The translations under genes and the position numbers were made by a program. The notes beneath the pieces are model-generated. The model was given only the letters and a program-made list of their open reading frames with translations. It was not told where the DNA came from and did no database searches. 34,581 nucleotides of DNA from the NCBI RefSeq assembly GCF_001194135.2, contig NC_068987.1, positions 16,489,741-16,524,321 of the forward strand. Direction: 5' to 3'. Positions 25,002 to 34,581 of this stretch are shown in pieces (position 1 is the first letter of the stretch; every line of letters starts with the position of its first letter). The DNA is from Octopus bimaculoides (lineage: Eukaryota).

Positions 25002-25319
25002 GTGGAGGCGCAATGGCCCAGTGGTTAGGACAGCGGACTCGCGATCGGAGGAGTGCAGTTTCGATTCCCAGACCGGGTGTTGTGAGTGTTTATTGAGCGA
25101 AAATACCTAAAGCTCTGCGAGGCTCTGGCAGGGGTTGGTGGTGACTGCTGTTGTACTCTTTCGCCCCAACTTTCTCTCACTCTTTCTTCCTGTTTCTTGA
25201 ATAACGCTGCAATGGACTGGCGTCCCATCCAGCTGGGGGAGGGGAACACGTACGCCATAGAAACCGGGAAACCGGGCCCATGAGCCTGGCTAGGCTTTAG
25301 AAGGGTGCATAAGTAAGTA
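25002..25319 (+). mobile_element. Full-length tRNA-derived SINE with 12-bp TSD and (TAAG)n tail
   Basis: A-box tggcccagtgg (25014-25024), B-box gtttcgattccc (25058-25069), tail cataagtaagtaag, and agaatgctaaca repeated at 24990-25001 and 25320-25331. Confidence 0.9.
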
Positions 25320-25649
25320 AGAATGCTAACAAAGAAAGAAAACTATGGAAAGATTTTCTTGAAATGAATAAAAAGAAAGCGTTCCAAGACATTTCATTTC
25401 ACTCTCTACTCACATAGCCAAAATTACACTCACACTCCTATTGAGAAATTAATATTATAAAAGTAATCTGGGCAGTAAGGGACAGAAATGATGAAGTGTT
25501 ACATTAATTGTCTTGCTATATACAACTATGCATATTTTAATTCCAAGTTCAAATCCTGCCATTGTCTCTCTGAACTTTTCCTTTTCTAAGCTCAATAAAA
25601 TAAGTACCAGTTTTGTCCATTGAGTTAATCGTGATCATGATTATGATAA

Positions 25650-25810
25650 TTTTTTTACATCAGTTTTCTCTGCTGGCATGGGTTAGAGAGGTTGTTATGG
25701 TCTGAGTCATCTCCTACTGAGAGATGTTGCATCCATAGACTGATGCTCTTATGTATTATTTAGTTTGGCTTCTATAGCTGGAAACCCTTCCTGTTACCAA
25801 TCACTTACAC
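25650..25810 (-). mobile_element. Decayed SINE family C
   Basis: tgctggcatgggtt...ctatagctggaaacccttcctgttaccaatcactt is the reverse complement of the family C motifs. Confidence 0.55.
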
Positions 25811-25820
25811 ACACATGCAT

Positions 25821-25856
<36 letters not shown>

Positions 25857-26698
25857 GTATATGTGTGTATGTATATATATAAATATATAGATATATACAT
25901 ATGTACACACACACCCCCACACACACACACATATGACTTCAGCTAGTGACACATAGCCACTCAGAGTTTCCTTTACATGTGTAAGTTATACATAAGTTGA
26001 TCAGTTAATGCATTCCGGCTGATCGCTTATATATCTTACTTGGATGAAACTCTGAGTGTAGAATGTATTGAATCACCACTTTAATCCCCACTGTTTCTCC
26101 TCTACACAGCAAAAAACAAAAAAACAAAAAAAACAAATTATGTTTTGCCTTCATACCAAAATAGTTAAAAATTAAAGGCTGCAAGACAAATTGTTTTAAA
26201 TTGGTAAATAAATGCATTTTCACACTAAGTAAAAGACAAAACAAAAAGGAAAGAAAAACATTAAAAACCCAATTATATGTTATTAACAATTAGATACAGG
26301 TGCATGTTTAAAAAGACATTTTTTTTTTTTTACCGTTTTACATTTATATTTCTATGCTAGCATAGGTGGGATAGTTTTTTGCAAATTTTGATTATTTGCA
26401 TTTCGTTAGAGCAATTTAAAAAATTTTTTTTTTCTTTACAGCTTGATGACCTTATTAATATATCAAAATGTGTAAATTATTTTAGCAGTGGAATGATATT
26501 AGTGATAATAATGGTGGTAGTAGTGATTGTGGCAGTTGTGTGGGGATGGTTATTTGAGTGGGAATAATTAATTATTCACTGTTAAATCATTTCTTTGAAA
26601 TCCAGCTTAATCTGCATGCAACATACTCACACAAATATTAATTATTAATTAAAAATAATAATAATAGTGACAATAATAATAATAATAATGATAATAAC

Positions 26699-26735
<37 letters not shown>

Positions 26736-27139
26736 GTACTGGATTTAATTTTTGTCCACAATAATCTCAGATGTTTCAGTAAGTGCAAATTTTAAATGCT
26801 TTTCATTGGTTGATTAAACCCAATTATTTTCAAGTATAAAACAGCTTCATTTCTACTTTAGTTTTAATATTAATTTAGGTAAAAAAAAAAAAAAANNNNN
26901 NNNNNNNNNNNNNNNNNNNNNNNNNNNNNNNNNNNNNNNNNNNNNNNNNNNNNNNNNNNNNNNNNNNNNNNNNNNNNNNNNNNNNNNNNNNNNNNNNNNN
27001 NNNNNNNNNNNNNNNNNNNNNNNNNNNNNNNNNNNNNNNNNNNNNNNNNNNNNNNNNNNNNNNNNNNNNNNNNNNNNNNNNNNNNNNNNNNNNNNNNNNN
27101 NNNNNNNNNNNNNNNNCTCAAAAAAAAAAAAAAAAAGAG

Positions 27140-27305
27140 ACACCCAGTATGCTTTGTAAAGTTGTTTGCATTAGGAAGGGCATCCAGCTGTAGACATCAT
27201 ACCAAAGGAGATATTGGAACATGATGTAGTTTGTAGACTTGTCAAATCCTCTCAACTGTCCAACCCATGCCAGCATGGAAGACGGACATTAAATGATGAT
27301 AATGA
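27140..27305 (+). mobile_element. SINE family C 3' part
   Basis: gcattaggaagggcatccagctgtag...tgtccaacccatgccagcatggaagacggacattaaatgatgat. Confidence 0.75.
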
Positions 27306-27599
27306 AACAAGCCTTCATCTTTGATGGTGGTGATGGTGGTGGTGGGGATATAGTCAATTACATTGACCTTCTTGCTTCATGATGGATGATGACTTTGTCA
27401 CACTTTGAACTCAGAATATTAACAACAAAAAAAGAATCCCCCAAAAAACTGTAACTGAATACCACAATTCATTTAGTCTGATGCTCAACCAATTCTTCCC
27501 ATCTATTGACATTGGTCTGAATAAATTTCAGCTGGTATGAGGGAAATAATTTTGGTTTACTTTTCATTTCTTTTGTTTGTTTTTGGCTTTTGCTGAAGT

Positions 27600-27892
27600 C
27601 ATTGTTATCATCATGATCATCATCACTGTTGTTGTTGTTGTTGTTGACGTCGTCGTCGTCGTCGTCATCATCATCATCGTCATCATCATCATCATCATCA
27701 TCATCACTGTTGTTGTTGTTGTTGTCGTTGTCGTCGTCGTCATCATCGTCATCATCATCATCATCATCATCACTGTTGTTGTTGTTGTTGTCGTCGTCGT
27801 CGTCGTCATCATCATCATCGTCATCATCGTCATCATTATCATCATCATCATCATCACTGTTGTTGTTGTTGTTGTCGTCGTCGTCGTCATCG

Positions 27893-27924
<32 letters not shown>

Positions 27925-27965
27925 GTCATCACTGTTGTCATCATCATTGTCATCATCATCTTCAT
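27600..27965. repeat. Higher-order compound trinucleotide repeat [cact-(gtt)n-(gtc)n-(atc)n] x ~5
   Basis: cactgtt recurs at 27624, 27705, 27771, 27855 and 27930. Confidence 0.85.
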
Positions 27966-28279
27966 TGTCCTCATTTTTGTCTTAATTGCTGTCATCATCT
28001 TATCATTGGTGTCATTGTTGTTCTCATCATCATTGTTTTAACACCAGATTGTTGTTGTTGTTGTTATTAAATCCAATGTTGACCTCTGATGGCTACAGAT
28101 CTACCTATAATGAAAGGACATTCAAACTATGAGCATACCACCTTTTCTGAAATAATCTTCTTTGTCAACATTAACTTTATCAATGAGTCCATCCTTTTAT
28201 AAGACAATATGATGTAGCTTGAGTGAGATTTGGTTGTTATTTCTAGCAAATGTGAGTAGGATAGGTTAACACTGTAGAA

Positions 28280-28640
28280 ACAACTCCACATGTGTCCAGG
28301 TGCTGTAGTATCTACAGTGCCCTGTGTGTTACAATACACTGTGTGCTACAACACCCTGTGTGTTTCAAGTTGTTGTAGGGATTATTCCCTCACATGTCTC
28401 CAGTTGTTGTAGTTCCTACTCCCACATGTCTCTAGTTACTGTGGTATCTACCCACCACATGTTTTAAGTTGCTGTAGTGTCTTTCTCACATGTTTCCAGT
28501 TGCTTTTGCATCTACATGATGCTATATGTCTCCAGTTACAGCTGAGTCTACCCCTAATTGAGTCTACCTCCACATGTCTCCGGTTGCTGTAGTGTCCATC
28601 TGACATGTCCTCAGCTGCTGTAGAGTCCATTCCATATATC
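28280..28640. repeat. Degenerate ~31-36-bp minisatellite, ~8 units (approximate consensus ccacatgtctccagttgctgtagtgtctacc)
   Basis: cacatgt..ccagttgctgtag-type motifs recur throughout the interval. Confidence 0.75.
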
Positions 28641-30296
28641 ACTTCTTGATAATGATATCAGACCAACAGCTAGGCTCATTTCCTGACTCTGTTCTGTGTG
28701 GGGTCCTTGGACAAGACACTCATCTCTAACTATCTCCTAGCCTACTCATCAGTAAACAGGTTGCCACTAAATGGAATGATTTGTTGCTGTAAGCAGTGGT
28801 TGCACTATATAACTACCGAGTGCTTTATTAGCTTTCAGTGGTTCGCGTTGATTAGGGTATTGGACTAAAAGCCACATTCACTTTCCTTCTCTAGTACTAG
28901 ACTGTGTCAATGAACAAGACAGTTGACTTTGTGTGTGTGTCTTGTAGTAAATAAGAGAGTCTGATACTATCAGTGATGTAGGGTGAGATCTAACAAGTTA
29001 GATTATACATTTCACACCGCAGTAGAACTTAGAAAACTCTGATATAGATTACTCATTGCCAATGCTAATGTTGACTGTTCCATTTTCTTTGAGTCTGACT
29101 TTTATTTGAGAAGTAACTTGGTTATCACAGAGTGAAATGACTTGCTATTGGTAGCATTATAAAAATTACAGAGTGGTTTGTTAATGTGTAATGCAAGTTA
29201 CAGATGTAGGTGCTTCAGTGGGAATCTGCCATGCTGAAAGTCCTTACATCACAGTACAGTATTACTAGATCTATTACCATTACCTTAGAGAGAAAAAGTT
29301 GAATGAGAACTAGAATGCTTAAACTTCAGTGACAAATGCATTAAAACAAAAACACGATCAAATATATTCAGCATATATAAACATTTTGTTTCATTGTGAA
29401 GTAGTTTTGTGACTAAAAAAACAAAGACTAGAAAAAAATCAACTCTGACAAGGGAATGATCAATGAGTGGTTGTTTATAGTTTCAATCCACTTTAGAAGC
29501 ATACAGCTTCCATTGGTTTAGATGATACTGGTGTATATGTAAAAAAAAAAAAAAAAAAAAAAAAACCCAGAAAAACTACTTGTGTAGTTTTTTTGATTCA
29601 GTGAGTATAGAAGCTCAAAGGAATTTTGTTTAAACTAAACCCAATCAGTTTTGGCATTCATTAACTGAAACTGCAAATTGTAAACTTATTTATTTAAGGA
29701 GCTTTTAAATTTAGCATAAAATCACATACAATCACACACACACACACGCACACACACACACGCACACACACACACTTAAAAAACATTCTGTAAGTTTGGA
29801 AAATATTTAAGCTGCAAAACCATTTATTTTGATTTTCAAGTTGTATATTCTCAAGAGATTTTATCAAACATAACATCCATGGTTAAGTAGAAGAATGCAT
29901 ATTTGCAATTAGCAGTGGATCACCTAATCCTACAGTGAGCAATAATTTCTTTTTTTATGAGATTCTTTGAACAAATTGTCAAGAGCTTTTACCAGAAGTA
30001 ACACTGGATGGTATTTCATTTAATATGCTCAGTTATCAGTCACTTTGTTACCTTCAGATAAAAATCATGAAAATGTAACTTTGCAATACAATTTTCCTTT
30101 AGACTGCACATGCCTGCATTCTTGGCAGTACAATGTCTGCTGTTGTACTGTACTCATACTTTTGAATAAATCAGTGTGGCTACAGTACCGTGGTTTGGTC
30201 TTAAAAAGATTTCTTTCTTTAAGAAAAAAAAAATGTCTTTTGTTTTGTACCAAATGTTATTTGAGGGCTTTGTTCATCATAACTACTGTAATTAAT

Positions 30297-30542
30297 CACG
30301 TGATCATGTGACCGACCAGGCCATCAGATGTTACACATCGCTGGTCACAATACATTTTGCATTATTTTAGCCTTCAAATGATGCCACTTCGTTGGCTTGG
30401 CAAGCAGTCCAACGTTCTTTGCTCATTGAAAGGTGAGACTGGAGCGACATGAAATGGAGTGACGCTACCCAGTCAGGGAATCAAACCCACGATCTAGTGA
30501 TCACGAGTGCAACAGCCTAACCACTGGGCCATGTGCCTTCAC
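30297..30542 (-). mobile_element. tRNA-derived SINE family D with 12-bp TSD
   Basis: The - strand head gtgaaggcacatggcccagtggttagg...gggtttgattccc carries A and B boxes. Flanks are actgtaattaat (30285-30296) and actgcaattaat (30543-30554). Confidence 0.8.
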
Positions 30543-31350
30543 ACTGCAATTAATACTGGTTTCAAATATTGACTCCCACCCAAATGATGAACAGCAAAAT
30601 TGACCTCAGCAGAATTTGAACTCAGAATGTGGAGATGGATAAAATGCTGCTAAGCATTTTGCAGGGCATGCTAGCAATTCTACCAGTTTGCTGCCTTGCT
30701 ACTGCAATTAATAGTGGTTTCAAATTTTCGCACAAGGCCAGCAATTTCAAAGGAAGAGGAAGGTCAATTATTTTGATCCCAGTATTCAACTGGTACTTAT
30801 TTTATCGACCCCCCCCCTACCAAAGAAAAAAAAACGCTGAAAGGCAAAATCGGCCTCAGCAGAATTTGAACTCAGAAAGTGCAGATGGATAAGATACTGC
30901 TAAGAATTTTGCACAGTGTGCTAACAATTCTGCCAGCTTGCTGCCATGCTACTGCAATAATATTGATTTCAAATTTTGGTACAAAGCCAGCCACTTCAGC
31001 AGAAGGGGAACTCGATTACATTAACCCCGAGGTTGCACATTATCTGATTACTCTATCAACAACTTTTAAAATGTGCTTGAGGGCCTATGTGGTATATGAA
31101 GAAACCTGCAACAAATGCAGTGTAGTATGCATTTGGAGTATCATCAGAAAACTGCAAATTTGCATCAAAAGAACACATACACACAAACACCTCAACTTTA
31201 AAAATGTGCTTCAGGGCCTATGTGGTATATGACCTTGAAAGGAGGAAAAGCAAAGTTGACCATGAACGTGCAGATGGATGAAATGAAGCAAAGCATTTTC
31301 CCAGCATGCTAACAATCCTGCAAGCCCATCATCTTGCTAGTGCAATTAAT
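30543..31350 (-). mobile_element. Three tandem SINE family B units sharing a linker; the third is interrupted by the 162-bp repeat
   Basis: Linker tgctactgcaat(t)aata at ~30697 and ~30947, with a variant at ~31335. B-boxes lie at ~30613 and ~30863. Confidence 0.8.
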
Positions 31351-31835
31351 ATTAAAAGTAAAAAAATGTTTCATGTTTAGTTTTTATAAAGATTTGTCAA
31401 AAACACCAGATAAACAAATAATATACAAATGGCACTGCATTATGGAATAAAATGGGATGTGTAGGCAAGGGAAATTTATCAGAAAGGGTTGTTATTTAAG
31501 CATTTTTTCCCACAAGATTGGAGTAAAGTAAATTGAAGCAATTCCAGTAAAATTAAGTATATAATTAATTTTGTTTGACCCTGAAATGAAAGGCAAATCC
31601 CATTAAGATTCAGATCCCATCATGATTCAAATCCTGTTGGGATCCTTTTTTCACCTGAAGTTCTCATGGGATTTGAACTCAGTACAGTAAAGTAGGGAAC
31701 TGTTAATGATTATCTTGTGTAGTGGATCGTTTTTAATGCCTTGGTTAATTTTATTCCAAGTGAAGTATGGTCTATCTTTTGTGGAGTCTGAATGTACAAG
31801 CATGTGAATATGGGTGGAGGAAGATGTTACAAGTG

Positions 31836-31878
<43 letters not shown>

Positions 31879-32109
31879 GTGTGTTTGTGTGGTGGGGTGG
31901 GGTGTTTGCATGTATCGTATGAATGTAAGAAGGTGTTGGGTACTGATTTGTTCATAAATTAGAAATGTCCAACCCCTGAATTATTATCATTGTGAATGTA
32001 AGTAGCTGGGTTTGTTGGTATAGGATTGCTGCCAGAAAAGGGCATAGTGTGTATGTGATATTATATAATATGATGTAGTCAATGGAACACATGAAATGGA
32101 AACAGGAAT

Positions 32110-32144
<35 letters not shown>

Positions 32145-32264
32145 TGAAGAAGGACAGAGGGATAGAAAGACAGTGAAGTGAAGAAAAGAAAGCAAAGGAA
32201 TGCATGGAAAGCAACTACTGAGGGACAGAAAGATGTAAACAGAAAGCTAAATACATAGAGAGAC

Positions 32265-32308
32265 TGATAAGTAGATAGACAGACTGATAGATAAATAGAT
32301 AGATAGGG

Positions 32309-32343
<35 letters not shown>

Positions 32344-32408
32344 TAGATAGATAGATAGATAGAAAGAAAGATAGATAGACAGACAGACAGACAGATAGAC
32401 AGACAGAC

Positions 32409-32446
<38 letters not shown>

Positions 32447-32486
32447 GTAGGTAAGTAGGTAGGTAGATAGATAGATAGATAGTTAG
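32265..32486. repeat. (GATA)n/(GACA)n/(GGTA)n compound tetranucleotide microsatellite
   Basis: Directly visible; source of the IYLS-repeat ORF. Confidence 0.95.
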
Positions 32487-33080
32487 ACAGAAATACAAAG
32501 AAAGTTTAGGAAGAAAGTGAAGAGGATAACAAACATACACATGAACATACTTTTTTATATAGACCAAAGCATTCACCTACACTCAAATAAAGGGCGAAAG
32601 AACAAAACAACTCTATTTTCTTGCTCCAGCCCCTAAAAAAGAAATAGCAGTATAATGTGTGTTGATGTCCCAAGTCAAAAGCGAAATGCAAATTTTAGGA
32701 ATAAGAAATTTTCAAGAGAATTTTTACAGTTATTACTTTGTTAAACATAAACCAAAAATAGATTTTGTTGTTGTTGTTTAACCCCAGGTCGTCCTTACTG
32801 AGCAAACCTGTGTTCAAAGGTATTCTAGCCATGACCATTCGGTCTTTTTTTTCTAGATGAGATGGTCAAGGTTAGAACCCAAAACTACATTACATCTGAT
32901 GTAGCATTTGCTATGAGAGTAAGATGCTATTTGAAGAGGATTTAGCTGCTTTTTCATGCAGGTCAAATGTCCATGCAAAGACTCCCTTCTTGGTTTATTT
33001 AGATTATTATCAATAAGGAAAAAATAATGAGTTAAAAGAAATATCTTTGTGTCATAGAGAAATTTTTCAATTAACTGATA

Positions 33081-33148
<68 letters not shown>

Positions 33149-34088
33149 ATGTGTGTTGTGTGTGTGTGTGTGTGTGTGTGATTGTTTGTTGGCTTTGTAT
33201 CATGTTAAAATGTAGATATAATGTTCAGCAATCACAAATATATTAAGAATATTGGATTCTTAGCTTTCATGTTTAAATTTTTTTTTTGCTGTGGAAATAG
33301 AAAATATAATTAGTTAAATGCAATAAAATTATTCATGTAATTTTGTTATGCAAAAAAAAAAAATTAATTTAAAAAGAACTGGTAGAGGTAAAAATCAATG
33401 AAAATAATATCGTTTTGTTGACATGTATGAATATTATAGTAAATATTTTTCTTTTACTGATTCAATTAAACTGATGATACCTCTCACTTGCAAATTCTTT
33501 TGCATAGTCTGGTATTGAAAAAATAAGAATAAAAAGAAACACTCCTTCAGAACGTGCACACTAACAGGTGTCTTCACACATGCACACACTTACACTCACA
33601 TGTATACACACTAGCACACACGTACAAATATGGATGTACATGCAATTATGCATTCACATGCATACACATATACATGCATACACAATTTTGCATCCATACG
33701 CATACTGATTTTAGTTTTCAAGGCCTTGCTTCAAAATCAAATAAAGGCCTAGAGGGAATTAACTGGTCTTATATCCAGGAATGTAGCTTCAAGCAATGCC
33801 AAAGATTTATTCTTTGGCAAAATATTAATTAGTGTTAAAAATAAGTGTCATTTTTTCAAAATGTTTATCAATTTTTTCTCATTCAAATACTGATATAATT
33901 TTTTTTTAGTTTGCTAGAAATAATATGTTTACTAAATAATGGTTAAAGGGTTTAAAAATAAGGTTTATAAAATTGCACCTAAGTTTGCTAAAAGCTTTTT
34001 CCAAGAATATTTTCAACCAATTATACCATTTGGCTGATGTTAAACACTGTTACATTCACTTAAACTTTAAACTCATCTTGTAATAATG

Positions 34089-34171
<83 letters not shown>

Positions 34172-34178
34172 AATGATG

Positions 34179-34227
<49 letters not shown>

Positions 34228-34244
34228 TAATAATCCTATCTAAT

Positions 34245-34450
34245 AAAAGCACAAGGCCTGAAATTTGTGGGGAAGATTTAAGTCAATTACATCGATTTCA
34301 GTACTTAACTGATACTTAATTTATCGATCCCAAAAAGGATGAAAAGCAAATCAACCGTGGCAGAATTTGAACTCAGAATTTGAACTCAGTGGCAGATGAA
34401 ATATCATTAAGCATTTCGTCTGGAATGTTAACAATTCTGCCAGCTTGCCA
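34245..34450 (-). mobile_element. SINE family B with duplicated B-box
   Basis: gcacaaggcctgaaatttgtgggg...tcgatcccaaaaaggatgaaaagc...gaatttgaactcagaatttgaactcag. Confidence 0.75.
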
Positions 34451-34454
34451 TCTT

Positions 34455-34581
34455 GGTAGAAGACATTTGCCATGGTGCCATGTTGGTAGTAGACATCTGG
34501 TAGAAGAAATTTGCCAAGATGCCATGCAGTTGGACTGAACCCAGAACCATGTGGTTGGGAAGCAAACTTCTTACCACACAG
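34455..34581 (-). mobile_element. SINE family A head, truncated by the window edge
   Basis: tagaagaaatttgccaagatgccatgcagttggactgaacccagaaccatgtggttgggaagcaaacttcttaccacacag. Confidence 0.75.

Noticed and set aside
25014-25075. tRNA-like A/B box sequence, also at 30480-30540
   Set aside because: These are SINE heads with body, tail and TSD, not tRNA genes.
30052-30253. Cys-containing - strand ORF and a GAAG|gtaaca donor
   Set aside because: No polypyrimidine acceptor and no recognisable product.
30283-31350. Repeat-spacer appearance reminiscent of CRISPR
   Set aside because: The spacers are eukaryotic SINEs, the repeats are short and AT-rich, and there are no cas genes.

Overview
Very AT-rich, microsatellite-saturated eukaryotic DNA from a gapped draft assembly (8 N-gaps). 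The repeat content (tRNA-derived SINEs, TA/CA/AAT/GAT arrays, CR1- and R4/Dong-type LINE ends) points to an octopus or other coleoid cephalopod genome; this is inference from family resemblance, not a database hit. I cannot support any host protein-coding gene, rRNA, tRNA gene or CRISPR array. Nearly all listed ORFs are microsatellite or N-gap artefacts or read through repeats, so the window looks intronic or intergenic. It contains many SINE copies of at least four families (A-D are my local labels), one decayed CR1-type LINE end, three R4/Dong-type LINE 3' ends clustered in (AAT)n tracts, three foldback/MITE-like inverted repeats, a SINE with a twin-priming-like inversion, a 119-bp tandem array built from a SINE head, and a SINE array punctuated by one recurring 12-15-bp motif. 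I found no convincing new biological system; the best leads concern repeat biology and possible dsRNA or Pol III RNA production.
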